Assembly (NCBI GenBank): GCA_022821385.1
Contig: JAJEDR010000009.1
Coordinates: 4,884 to 68,883 of the forward strand
Direction: 5' to 3'
Source: Rhodothermales bacterium
Lineage (GTDB): Bacteria; Bacteroidota; Rhodothermia; Rhodothermales; Bin80
Length of the DNA stretch: 64,000 bases
The notes below the pieces were generated by a model, which was not told where the DNA came from, ran no database searches, and worked only from the letters and a program-made list of their open reading frames with translations. Positions 39,382 to 49,168 of the stretch are shown one piece after another; within the stretch, counting starts at the first letter, position 1; every line of letters starts with the position of its first letter. The translations under genes and the position numbers were made by a program.

Positions 39382-41591
39382 AAGAGAAGTACAGAAAGAA
39401 TAAACAACAGGGGCATGTCCCACAGATAAGCCGCCCGATAAACCGAAGTGCTGGTACGGCGCGATCGCAGGTTCATCGAAACATCGGAAGCTTCGGCAGG
39501 GGTGTAGTATACCGTGGCCAACTGCTCCAGAAAATCACGTTTCAGCGCGGCATCATAATACTCCATTGGTTGATGACGCACTAGATAACTGCGTTGATCC
39601 TGCCCGACGAGTTCATCCCCCAGCATTGCCTCCACGGTGACTTCATAGACTCCTTCATTGCCCGGTGTTAAGTGCATTTCATAGAGTCCTTCGTCGGAGA
39701 GATCTTCTTCAATAACCATTGGCTGTATCGTGCCGTCGGGAGCACGAACAAGCGCGCGAAGTTCAGTACCAGTCAGGGGAAGATAATCTTCGTCATAGAC
39801 ACGTACATCCAGTTGGTGAGTTTCGCCGGGAGTAAGCCGCGTGCTGGAAGTCTCTATATCAACCTGCGCTGGCGCGCTGGCCGCCAGCCAACGTGCAAAC
39901 TGCTGCCAAAACCGTTCATGACGTTCGTCGTCTGCTTCCAGCAGCATCTGCCAGCGCCATGTACTGCTGGTGGCGAGCGCTGCCGTACGTCCCTTGCCAT
40001 ATCGCTGAATTGCCAGGAGCGGCTCTTCCGGGCCAAACGCATCCTCTGGCTTCACAGCGAGTACCTGTGCACCGGGTTTAACACCGCCCAGTAGGTTGAT
40101 GCTGGTTAATTTTGGCATTCCACGCCAGAGGGTTCGGTTAAGGGAAGGATCGGGAGAAAGCTTCATGAATGCGTGCTCCAGACCGTCGGGTGTAGGTTCA
40201 AAGACAAATCCACGGTCACCATCTTCGCCCTCAAATCGTATGGGAAGGACCTGCGCGCGAGTAAAGTCAAGCCGTACAGGCAGCATGTCCGCAATTGGTG
40301 TGCCTGCGTAATCGCTTTCGGAAAAAGCATTCCGTCCTCCCAACATTACGAATCCTCCACCGCGAACACGCACAAACGATTCAATAAGCTGCAATTGGCG
40401 CAAAGAAAAGGCGGAAGCTTCTACATCCCCCAGAATTATGGCGTCAAAGCCGTAAAGTACATCGGCTTCGGTCGGGAACCCTCCCATCAGTTCATCCGGT
40501 GAGCGAATTCCCTGGCGATAATATTTGCCGGTCCCCGTACGCGTGATCGCTGCAAAGTTGATCACCTGATCGGATTCCAGTGCGCGTTTGATGAACTTGT
40601 AATCCTGTCTCAAATGTCCCTCGAAATACAACACGCGAAGCGTGTCTGTGCGGGTATCAACCAGCAAGGGGAGCGAGTTGTTGAGTGTATTGAGCTCGTT
40701 TGAAGTTGGCTCCAATGTCACATGGTATTCCCGGGCGCCGGTGCTCGGCGGTTCAAAAAAGAACTCCAGTTGATCAACCAACCCATCTCCTTTAAGCTGT
40801 ACAGATTCAGAAAAGACTTCTACATCTCCATCATATACAGAGACCTTCGCAGGATTAGTTTCCCTAGAGGCGCTGCGGATTTTGACTTCCACTTCGGCCC
40901 CGGTTTGTTCACCAAGCCCCTTGTGTGCGGTCACTTCAAGCAGTTCGCGTTCGGAATCCAGTGCAGTGTTGCCCAGACCCAGTATGTGTACGCCGATCCC
41001 GTCATTGCGAAGGGTTGCAGCCTGTTCAAAGGCCTCATTACGAGTTGTTGTGTTGCCGTCTGTAAGAATGAGTACCCCGGTTAGGGGTAACCCCCGAAAA
41101 TCCACACGCAGGCGGTTCAGGGCTGCTGCTAGATCTGTTTCGTGAGCAGGTATGGCCTGATGAATGCTGTCGACTCTTGTAGTCGTAGCGGCAAACGTAT
41201 AAAGGCGCACCTTGAATATTTCCTCTAAGTCGCGGATGATCCCGTCCTGTGCATTGCTGAGGAGGTTTTGTGCCTGTGTCAGTCGGGTTTGGCCATCCGG
41301 TCCGTCCGGCAATAACATGCTGTCGGAAGCATCCACTACTACGGCGACAAAATTCTCATCCGGGACAACTTCTGGTACGATCAGTTGAGGCTCAAAAAGT
41401 GGGAAAGCCAGGAGCAGTGCAGCCAGGGAACGCAGAGCGAGGCTTACTACTCGAACGTGCAGCGGGGCTTGGCTGCGTAGGAACGCAATGACCAGAATTA
41501 TCAGAATTCCCGCCAAAACACTCACTGCAAGCGCACTGACCTGTAGGCTCACCGTGCCTTCGGCAAACTGCACAGTATCAAACTTGAACAT
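39339..41591 (-). CDS. membrane-anchored VWA domain protein with C-terminal GATase1-like domain
   Basis: N-terminal TM helices are followed by the MIDAS motif VVVDASDSM. The central region VLYFEGHLRQDYKF...FDAIILGDV...GGGFVMLGG resembles the putative glutamine-amidotransferase-like domain seen in Bat-type clusters. There is also a C-terminal TM helix. Confidence 0.7.
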   Translation of the reverse strand: MFKFDTVQFAEGTVSLQVSALAVSVLAGILIILVIAFLRSQAPLHVRVVSLALRSLAALLLAFPLFEPQLIVPEVVPDENFVAVVVDASDSMLLPDGPDGQTRLTQAQNLLSNAQDGIIRDLEEIFKVRLYTFAATTTRVDSIHQAIPAHETDLAAALNRLRVDFRGLPLTGVLILTDGNTTTRNEAFEQAATLRNDGIGVHILGLGNTALDSERELLEVTAHKGLGEQTGAEVEVKIRSASRETNPAKVSVYDGDVEVFSESVQLKGDGLVDQLEFFFEPPSTGAREYHVTLEPTSNELNTLNNSLPLLVDTRTDTLRVLYFEGHLRQDYKFIKRALESDQVINFAAITRTGTGKYYRQGIRSPDELMGGFPTEADVLYGFDAIILGDVEASAFSLRQLQLIESFVRVRGGGFVMLGGRNAFSESDYAGTPIADMLPVRLDFTRAQVLPIRFEGEDGDRGFVFEPTPDGLEHAFMKLSPDPSLNRTLWRGMPKLTSINLLGGVKPGAQVLAVKPEDAFGPEEPLLAIQRYGKGRTAALATSSTWRWQMLLEADDERHERFWQQFARWLAASAPAQVDIETSSTRLTPGETHQLDVRVYDEDYLPLTGTELRALVRAPDGTIQPMVIEEDLSDEGLYEMHLTPGNEGVYEVTVEAMLGDELVGQDQRSYLVRHQPMEYYDAALKRDFLEQLATVYYTPAEASDVSMNLRSRRTSTSVYRAAYLWDMPLLFILSVLLLCGEWLYRRRQGLR

Positions 41592-41597
41592 CCACCA

Positions 41598-44500
41598 CTA
41601 CTGGCTTGGCCGTCGGGAGAGTGATTCATAGTACTTTTCCACCAGGCGTTGATACTCAGTGGGCACTTCGCCTCGGCGGCTGCCGTAAAGCTTGGATTCC
41701 AGTTTAACAGCCTCCAAAGCTTGAAGCAGTTGAGTTTCTAGTTGAGAGAGCGGCGCATAAACATCTCGGTTGAAGAATGTTTCGGCTGAGTCCTCATCCA
41801 GCAACACTCCCGTGTGGTCGGCTCTGGTGAGTGAGTTCTGGATTCCGGTGGCAGCGCGTTGGCCGTCACGTACACCTTCTTGCAGGTTACGCGCTGCTTC
41901 CCGGACCCGATTCATCTGGTTTTCGAGTCGTGCCTGCTGTGCTGGTGAAGCCCCCCCTTCGCGCATACGTTCTGCTTGCGCTTCCAGATCTTGTAACTCA
42001 TTTCGAAGCTGTTCAAGGTCGTCAAGGGAGCGGCTCAATGCTTCTTCCTCAGTAACAGGCAGGGATTCACGTAATTCACGCTGGATTGCTTTCAGGCCCT
42101 CCAGATCTTCGGTGATCTCTTCCTGGATTCGCCGAGCTGTTGGCATCCAGCCATTACGAAGTGCCTGCTGCGAGTTCTGCATGTCTTCCTGGAGAGCCCT
42201 GCGATGCACCTCTTGCCTAAGGTTTCGTGCAGCTAGTTGTGCCTCCGAGTTGGAGTTTTCGAGCATTTCCGCCTGCTCCATTATGTTTTCGAGGTCTTCC
42301 AAAGTGTTTGTGCGACGCTCTTCCAGGTCGTTCAATTCCTCTCTGGACGGGCGATCCCCTTCCTCAACCAGGTCCTCGGCAAGCTCCTGCTCCTGCTCAA
42401 TGAGTTCGGTGAGGTCCTCATTTAGTTGTTCGAGTGCACGCCGGTCCGTACCCCGGGTCTGCAGTCTCAGGGCATCCTCAAGGGATTGCAATGAATTGGC
42501 CGCCTGCTGCTGTCGTCTGGCCGCTTCCTCCATATCTCCCCGCCGCAATGCGCGCTGGGCCTCCTCCATGTTGCGCAGGGCCTGGTTCATATCATTTTGC
42601 GCCCGTTGACTGGACTGTTGCTGCTGCAGATCTTCCAAGGACTCTTGCAGTTCCTCCTGGTTACGCCGCAGGCGATCAACAAAGCGCCGACGATCCTCTT
42701 CAGTCTCGGGAGGACGCTGCTCTGCCAGTTCCTGCTGTCGTTGCGCAAGATCACGAACGCGTCGTAAAGCGTCGTTCTCTTCGGCACTTGCCTGTGCGGC
42801 AGGTGCTGATTGTGGGGACTCATACTTGTCCCTGGTAATGTCCAACTCCAGATCCATAAGCTCAGACATGCGCTCCTCCGTTGCATTGGCACCCCCGCCG
42901 CCTGGGTTTCCCTGCTGTTGGCGTGCGACTTGTCGCTCGGTATTCAGGGCATCCGCTCTGAGCAGTTGATTGAGCGCGCGACGCTCGGGTGTGAGCGCCT
43001 CCCGCAGGCGCCCGGCAGATAGATCATCAATGGCCTGATCCATTTCCGTGACTGCCGCTTCCAGGTACTCGGCTACTTTCTGCTGCTCCGGGCTGCCGCG
43101 CAACTCGAGCGAGAATGCAGTCGTACGCAGCCGTTCCTGAATATTCGCCTGTAGATTGCGCTGCGCTTGCGTGAGTGCTTCGAGCGCCTCATCAAAGTCT
43201 GGAATGTCGTTCTGTTCCCGCAAGAGTCGCCATGTGGCCGCGATAATATCCTGCTGGCTTAAGACCAGACCGCCTTGTCGTCCCTGCATCCCGCCCTGTC
43301 CACCGCCTGCATTCGCCAATTGTGTGAACTGCTGCTCAAATGGCACAATCTCCACGAAATACATGTCGGAAACCTCCGATTGCAGCGCATCTGCCGCCTC
43401 AACGTAATAGGTAATCACATCTCCCGGTTCCAGTGAATAATCTTCCAGGAAAAGCAGGTGTTCTCCGGTCGCTTCCGTAACATTTTCGGTTTCGAGCAGG
43501 TCAATACTAACTTCGGGTTCGCCATTTACAGAGTACCTTAGGTCAAAGGAATTAATACCGTAGTCATCACTTGCATCAGCCGCAATCAATACTTCCTGAA
43601 CTGCATTGGCCCGCAAATCCCGTCCGGGTTCCTTGAGTGTGATATCCGGTCGGGCATCCTCAACCGGGGTGATCAAATATGCTCGCGGAAAGCGGTTTTC
43701 ACGTGTTTGTTCATCACGCAGCAGCACCGTGTATCTATCTTCTTCCAAGAGATCAAATCTGCCCCTGAACTGACCGGAGCCCACCCGGGAAAGTGCTATT
43801 TCGCCGCCGTTTTCGAGCGAGAGTACAGCCGACTCTGTTACGTCGTTTGTCCGCACGTTTACTGTTACACGTGATCCCTTCAAGCCCTCAATATCTCCTT
43901 CATTTTCTTGTGTGCGCACCGGAAGGTTCGTGTAATCCGGCGGGTCGTAGGTAACATCAATTTGAGAAACTTCCGGGAATACGTACACCGACAGCGTGAA
44001 TGGGTCTGTGCGATAGCGTCCAGCTTCTATGTAGTATTGTACGTCGTGCTGTATGTTCGAAATTTCAGCGAGATAGGCCCCGGACTCTCTTCCAGCGGTC
44101 ATGGGTTGACGTACCCATTCTCCGCCGGAATCCTGAAGAACAAGCAATATATCATCCCGTTCACCTGAGCGCAATGTTGCAATGATGGGCACAGTTTCTC
44201 CTTGGTCCACCTCAACATTACCAGGAGAAACGGTCATGTAGGGTGCACGCACACTGGTTTGCGGGGGGGCATCCAACTGCAGCCTATCTAATTTTGTAAG
44301 TCCGACCACTAGGCATGCACAGGCAATGATTAGCGAAGATGCAATCCACAGACGTGAATGCAGCCGTCCGATCATGGAGTGCGGCGTCAGGTTTTTAACC
44401 TGCTGTGCGGTGTCTTGCAGGAGGGCTGCAACGACTTCCTGGTCGGCTTTTCCCGGTGCTTGAACGGCACTGTTAAGGCGGTCTTCCAGGTTGGGGTGAT

Positions 44501-44771
44501 TCTCTTCGATAAAAAGTGCGACCTGTGTGTCAGTTATGTGCACCGAGCGCTGCCGGAGCAGCAGGAAGATGACTGCCGGGACAAGTACGGCCAGCGCCAG
44601 CACTCCATAGAGTATCCATCCTCCGAGGTAGGGTCGGAACCACAGGACAGCGAAAAGAAGCAGGCTACAAATCGCTACACACTCCGCCAGATGTTGCTGC
44701 AGTGCTCGTCTGCTGAATTGTTTTCGAACCTCGGCGACGAGGAATCGGACTGAACGATCATCCTTAGACAT
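41598..44771 (-). CDS. DUF4175-like large membrane protein with a long charged coiled coil
   Basis: The ATG at 44771 is preferred because it lies 4 nt after the upstream stop. Two N-terminal TM helices are followed by a beta-rich region, then about 500 aa rich in E, Q, R and L and a GGGQGGMQGRQGG stretch. Confidence 0.65.
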   Translation of the reverse strand: MSKDDRSVRFLVAEVRKQFSRRALQQHLAECVAICSLLLFAVLWFRPYLGGWILYGVLALAVLVPAVIFLLLRQRSVHITDTQVALFIEENHPNLEDRLNSAVQAPGKADQEVVAALLQDTAQQVKNLTPHSMIGRLHSRLWIASSLIIACACLVVGLTKLDRLQLDAPPQTSVRAPYMTVSPGNVEVDQGETVPIIATLRSGERDDILLVLQDSGGEWVRQPMTAGRESGAYLAEISNIQHDVQYYIEAGRYRTDPFTLSVYVFPEVSQIDVTYDPPDYTNLPVRTQENEGDIEGLKGSRVTVNVRTNDVTESAVLSLENGGEIALSRVGSGQFRGRFDLLEEDRYTVLLRDEQTRENRFPRAYLITPVEDARPDITLKEPGRDLRANAVQEVLIAADASDDYGINSFDLRYSVNGEPEVSIDLLETENVTEATGEHLLFLEDYSLEPGDVITYYVEAADALQSEVSDMYFVEIVPFEQQFTQLANAGGGQGGMQGRQGGLVLSQQDIIAATWRLLREQNDIPDFDEALEALTQAQRNLQANIQERLRTTAFSLELRGSPEQQKVAEYLEAAVTEMDQAIDDLSAGRLREALTPERRALNQLLRADALNTERQVARQQQGNPGGGGANATEERMSELMDLELDITRDKYESPQSAPAAQASAEENDALRRVRDLAQRQQELAEQRPPETEEDRRRFVDRLRRNQEELQESLEDLQQQQSSQRAQNDMNQALRNMEEAQRALRRGDMEEAARRQQQAANSLQSLEDALRLQTRGTDRRALEQLNEDLTELIEQEQELAEDLVEEGDRPSREELNDLEERRTNTLEDLENIMEQAEMLENSNSEAQLAARNLRQEVHRRALQEDMQNSQQALRNGWMPTARRIQEEITEDLEGLKAIQRELRESLPVTEEEALSRSLDDLEQLRNELQDLEAQAERMREGGASPAQQARLENQMNRVREAARNLQEGVRDGQRAATGIQNSLTRADHTGVLLDEDSAETFFNRDVYAPLSQLETQLLQALEAVKLESKLYGSRRGEVPTEYQRLVEKYYESLSRRPSQ

Positions 44772-44775
44772 ACGC

Positions 44776-46719
44776 CTATCGCCTTGAGGCGAGTATAGTT
44801 TCAAGTGCAAATACCCCAATCATTATCAATAGCACAACTCTCCAGAGTTTTTGTTCTTGTTCAGCCGCCGCCAATGGTTGTGGTTCAAGCACTGATTCAG
44901 TGGATCGACTTGCAAGGGCCGCATATACTTCTTCAAAGTCTCGAGCCGATAGGTTGCTTTCTGAGGGGCTGACATTTACCGAGAACGGTTGGGATGCTCC
45001 GTTTAGCCTGGCGTCATAATGGCCAGGGAGATCTGTGTTCTGGAAAGTCCCTGTTCCGGTAGAATCAAAGTCCACTCTGAAGATATCTCCTTCCGGATTT
45101 GCAATTTCCATTTCAGTTCCTGGTATACCGTTGAAAATAACAGCTTCTCCAATATTAAATTCGCGCCCGATATTGGATTCGGGGTTTGCGTACTTGGCGA
45201 TTTCATACAGGAGCGGCAGGAACACCTCGCTTAGAGGCAGGTCATTCCAGCTGGTGCCAAGACTCGACGTGAAAACAAGAACGCGCCCCCGCCCGAGGGA
45301 TTGCTCTATAAGGAGCGGATCTCCTGTATCGAAGGTTGCGAGCACATTGGCGGTGGAATCGGGGGTGACCTCTACATAACGTCGGAACCGGGGTCTGAGC
45401 ACAGCCCCGGAGCTGTGCTGCGCCACCGATGTGAAGATTGGGTGCTGATCGTCAATTTCGGCGATGATCGCATCAGCGCCTTGGCGGTCGCGTGCATTAA
45501 CCGGCCCGACGGCTGTGCCTGCCCCCAATAATGATGTCTGTTGCAGGCTTCCCTCATCAAAAGCCAATAGGACCGTGCCTCCGCTGTTTGCAAAATTCTC
45601 AAATACCGAAAAATCGCGAGCAGATGCCAGTCCGGTGGTCGTTACGATCAACAGGTCTGCGGCACTTAATCGAGTGGGGCGCGGTCCCGCATCAAATCGG
45701 TACATACTTGCTTCCTGGAGATCAAATGCACTTTCAAGGAAGAAGGCATTGCGCATATCTGGACTCCCATCCACCACGAAAATGCCTGAACGTGTTTGAA
45801 CGCTGTAGGTGAAATAATGCCGGTCATCAGGCCCGGGTACCGGGTCATCCACATACAGATACCCCTGGTACAGCCCAGGACGATCTACAAGTTGCTGCAA
45901 CGAAGGTGCAGTCCCGCTATAATCATCAACATTTTCTTCGTCAATACTCAGCGTAACGGCTCCGGTTATTGGCATGCGAGCATTAAATCGCACCGAGACC
46001 AGATCTCCGCGACGTTGCTGGCTGAGTTCAAAATTTTCGAAGAACTTGTTTTCTGGACCCGGATCTCCCACTTTGATTGGTTCGACGGTGATATCTCCCG
46101 GCAACTGCAGGTTTTCCAGTGCCGGACTGAATGCCGATTGCTGGAAATCAGAAACCAACACGATTTTACGATGCTCGAATCGTGCGTCTTGAAGGATCTC
46201 TACACCCAGCCGCAGTGCAGGGTAAAGGTCAGTCGTGCGGTAGCCGGGGGATTGTGCACGAAGGGCGGCTTCGTGCACAGATGGATCACGTCCAAGAGCG
46301 GTTAATTGCTCGGCGGCATCACTGAATGTTACCAGCGCCCATTCATCTCCCGTTTCCAGCTCTGCACGAGCGAGCTGCACTCCTTCTTCAAATCTGGAAT
46401 CGTGTTGCATACTGTAGGATACATCCATCAGAATGACAACGGACTCGCGTTCGGTTTCCAGGAGGAACGGTAGTTCTTCAGGAGGAATGAACGGGCGTGC
46501 AAACAGGAGCGCCAGCAGCACCAGCGCAGCCGCTCTAAGCAGCATCAGAAGGATATCTTGCAACTGTCGCCGACGAACACGCTGAATGGGCGTGGCCTCC
46601 AGAAACATGTGTGTACTGAAGGGTACCTCACGGGCTCGCAGCCTCCTGACGAGATGCAGCAGTACCGGTACTAGGGCAGTTAGTCCCGCGGCCAGAAAAA
46701 GTGGAGTTATGAAGGACAC
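44776..46719 (-). CDS. BatA N-terminal domain (double-transmembrane) plus VWA domain protein
   Basis: Contains MSFITPLFLAAGLTALVPVLLHLVRR (aerotolerance regulator N-terminal type), the MIDAS motif VVILMDVSYSM and a C-terminal TM helix. Confidence 0.8.
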   Translation of the reverse strand: MSFITPLFLAAGLTALVPVLLHLVRRLRAREVPFSTHMFLEATPIQRVRRRQLQDILLMLLRAAALVLLALLFARPFIPPEELPFLLETERESVVILMDVSYSMQHDSRFEEGVQLARAELETGDEWALVTFSDAAEQLTALGRDPSVHEAALRAQSPGYRTTDLYPALRLGVEILQDARFEHRKIVLVSDFQQSAFSPALENLQLPGDITVEPIKVGDPGPENKFFENFELSQQRRGDLVSVRFNARMPITGAVTLSIDEENVDDYSGTAPSLQQLVDRPGLYQGYLYVDDPVPGPDDRHYFTYSVQTRSGIFVVDGSPDMRNAFFLESAFDLQEASMYRFDAGPRPTRLSAADLLIVTTTGLASARDFSVFENFANSGGTVLLAFDEGSLQQTSLLGAGTAVGPVNARDRQGADAIIAEIDDQHPIFTSVAQHSSGAVLRPRFRRYVEVTPDSTANVLATFDTGDPLLIEQSLGRGRVLVFTSSLGTSWNDLPLSEVFLPLLYEIAKYANPESNIGREFNIGEAVIFNGIPGTEMEIANPEGDIFRVDFDSTGTGTFQNTDLPGHYDARLNGASQPFSVNVSPSESNLSARDFEEVYAALASRSTESVLEPQPLAAAEQEQKLWRVVLLIMIGVFALETILASRR

Positions 46720-46731
46720 GGCTGTTTAGGT

Positions 46732-47631
46732 TCAAGCTCTGCGCCGTGAACGGGCGGAAAGGTAATGAAAGAGTGCGGTATCCAGTGGCGCGTCCGTCTG
46801 GAGCACGGCATAGTCTGCCTGGAGCAGGCCGCAGGCACGACGTATGCGATTTTGATGCGCCTGAAAATTCTCCTGGTACCGGGTCCTTGCTGTCTTGGCA
46901 TCAATCAGCATCTTGGCATCTGACTCGAGATCCAAAAGCTCTACTACATCTGTGAAGTCAAAATTGATTTCCTGCGGATCTAGCACCTGAAAAACCAGCA
47001 CATTGTGACCAGTAAAATGAAAGTGTCGCAGTGCGCGCTCAACGGTTTCGATAGACGTAAAAAGATCACTGATCAGTATAACGAACCCGCGTTTACGGTG
47101 GCGCTCAGCAACCGCGTGGAGCGAGCGCTCCAGGTCAGTAGCGGCTTCCGGCTTTGCATCTTCCAGTGAACGAAGCAGGAGGTGCAGGTGTGCACGGCTG
47201 GATCGCGGAGGCAAATGTTTTCGGATTTGTGTATCGAACAGGGTCAGACCGCAGGCATCCCTTTGACGATTGGCAAGCCAGGCAATGGCCGCAGCGAGAA
47301 ATCGACCGTAGTTAAGTTTGCTTTGTCCGCCGGAGGAATATTCCATTGAGCGGCTCATATCCAGGAGGATGTGCAGGCGGGTATTGGTTTCGCCTTCAAA
47401 TTCCCGTACAAAGTAGCGATCTGTTCGTGCAAACACCTTCCAATCCACTTGTCGTATATCATCACCGTACACATATGGACGATATTCCATAAAATCAACA
47501 CTGAACCCTTTAAAGGGGCTTCGATGGAGGCCGGCCAGAAAGCCCTCGACCACGGAGCGGGCCAGGAGTTCCAGCGACGAGAGCCGGGCCAGCACCTCGG
47601 GGTCAATAAAGCGTGTTGCAGCTTGTGCCAT
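46732..47631 (-). CDS. DUF58 domain-containing protein
   Basis: Contains SPFKGFSVDFMEYRPYVYGDDIRQVDWKVFARTDRYFVREFE...LLDMSRSM, the classical DUF58 signature. Confidence 0.9.
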   Translation of the reverse strand: MAQAATRFIDPEVLARLSSLELLARSVVEGFLAGLHRSPFKGFSVDFMEYRPYVYGDDIRQVDWKVFARTDRYFVREFEGETNTRLHILLDMSRSMEYSSGGQSKLNYGRFLAAAIAWLANRQRDACGLTLFDTQIRKHLPPRSSRAHLHLLLRSLEDAKPEAATDLERSLHAVAERHRKRGFVILISDLFTSIETVERALRHFHFTGHNVLVFQVLDPQEINFDFTDVVELLDLESDAKMLIDAKTARTRYQENFQAHQNRIRRACGLLQADYAVLQTDAPLDTALFHYLSARSRRRA

Positions 47632-47635
47632 GCAG

Positions 47636-48667
47636 TCAGTCGTTCATTTTCCAGAAGGCGATACCTCCTGTCTGTTGTCCTGCTTGTAATGAAGCTATTC
47701 GGGTCGCGGTGATCAGGTTGATTACGTCTACTGCTCCAGGTGTAGCTCCAATTCCTTCCGAGGTAACAAATGCATATTGGTTATCGGGAGCAATTATCAC
47801 GCCATGCGTAACTGGCTGAGAGCTTGGAACCCGGGCTCGTTCGGTGCCCGTGGTCAAATCAATTATACTAACGGCTTGCGCACCCTTCAAAGTGGCCACC
47901 ACCGTTTGTCCATCCGGGGAAACAGCAAGATTGTATGGAGCTCCTGGAGCGTTTAGACGCTCTGTTATTCTTCCGGCTTCCACATCAACGATCAATATCT
48001 GATCTGCACCATTGGCTGCTATGTATGCCAGGGGCTCATCGGGGTGGATTGATACCCAGGTCGGTTTGGTTCCTTCTCCAAGCGTGATGTTGCGAATGAC
48101 ATTCAGATTCAGTGCATCAAGCTCATAAAGAGCGTTATTCATCATTGCCACGGAGTAGTGTCGTCTACCATCGGGGCCAAACGCAGAACCATGAGGCATG
48201 ATGCCTGTGGTAATCCGACCCACTTCCAACATGGCGTCCGGATCAACCACGGAAACTGAACTGGGCTCCGGGTTGCCATGCAGGTTAAAATTGGCTACGT
48301 ACAACAGGCCTGTTTGTGATGAAATGGCCATGGAAGCGGGAAACATTCCCAGCGTCACCGTTCCCGTGGGGCGGTTATTGGCAGTTGAATAACGCACAAC
48401 TTTACCGAAGGGTTGTCCATGTGCAATGGATACGAACCAGTGTTCGCCATCCGGGTCTACGGCAAGTCCATGGGGACCTTCGATTTCGGTATGGATATTG
48501 CCGACGGTGACAGTTTCGACGATGGAAAGTTCTTTGCCGTCAAACTGAATGAGCATGACAGTATCGTCGGACTCATTGGCCACATACATCGTGTATGTCT
48601 GTGAGAACACCACTGCTGTTTCTCCAAGCAGTGCGGTTAGCACAACAATTGCGAGTGTGCGCATCAT
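47636..48667 (-). CDS. secreted YVTN/YncE-like beta-propeller repeat protein
   Basis: Signal peptide followed by repeated segments: GPHGLAVDPDG, LLYVANF, PHGSAFGPDG, PTWVSIHPDE, PYNLAVSPDG and THGVIIAPDN. The stop is 4 nt before the DUF58 start. Confidence 0.75.
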   Translation of the reverse strand: MMRTLAIVVLTALLGETAVVFSQTYTMYVANESDDTVMLIQFDGKELSIVETVTVGNIHTEIEGPHGLAVDPDGEHWFVSIAHGQPFGKVVRYSTANNRPTGTVTLGMFPASMAISSQTGLLYVANFNLHGNPEPSSVSVVDPDAMLEVGRITTGIMPHGSAFGPDGRRHYSVAMMNNALYELDALNLNVIRNITLGEGTKPTWVSIHPDEPLAYIAANGADQILIVDVEAGRITERLNAPGAPYNLAVSPDGQTVVATLKGAQAVSIIDLTTGTERARVPSSQPVTHGVIIAPDNQYAFVTSEGIGATPGAVDVINLITATRIASLQAGQQTGGIAFWKMND

Positions 48668-49004
48668 GGCCGGGAGTACGGGTCTAATCTAATAATATTG
48701 GCTGATGAACGGACTGAGTGCAGATTTAGCTGATCAGTGATGTTTCCGGAGTACATGATGGAATCCGTGGCGAGGGACTTACTGCGGGAGAGCATTCTCG
48801 TTCCGGTTGGCGCGGTTTCGTGTGACAGCAGGTTAACCTATGTGGTCCCAATCATGTCACATGGCAGGATGTTTTGTACCACAATCTCTTTATTTGGGGG
48901 CTCGGTTGGATACTCAGGATGTGAATTCCAATAGAATGTGTACTGCAAGAGATGGTGCCTCCAGTAGATTTTGAGGGACGCCAACTGACTTAATATACCT
49001 CCGG

Positions 49005-49133
49005 CCTCCAATAGCGCCTCCAATAGGGCCTCAATAGCGCCCCAAAGCGCCCCAATAGCGCCCCAATAGCGCCCCAATAGCGCCCCAAAGCGCCCCAATA
49101 GCGCCCCAATAGCGCCCCAATAGCGCCCCAATT
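49005..49133. repeat. tandem array of about 12 units of an 11-bp repeat (consensus CCCCAATAGCG, with 10- and 12-bp variants)
   Basis: Read directly from the sequence. The units are CCTCCAATAGCG, CCTCCAATAGGG, CCTCAATAGCG, CCCCAAAGCG, CCCCAATAGCG x3, CCCCAAAGCG and CCCCAATAGCG x3, ending in a partial unit CCCCAAT. Confidence 0.95.
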
Positions 49134-49168
49134 TAGAGACTTCCCGTTACCCGATTCATTGCGACGAT

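Noticed and set aside
41770-42609. 279-aa Ser/Arg/Cys-rich plus-strand ORF
   Set aside because: It is the antisense shadow of the E/Q/R/L-rich coiled-coil region of the DUF4175-like gene. Low-complexity codon repeats keep the opposite strand open.
49005-49133. Possible CRISPR array
   Set aside because: The units are 10-12 bp and directly abutting with no spacers, and there are no cas genes. It is a simple tandem repeat.
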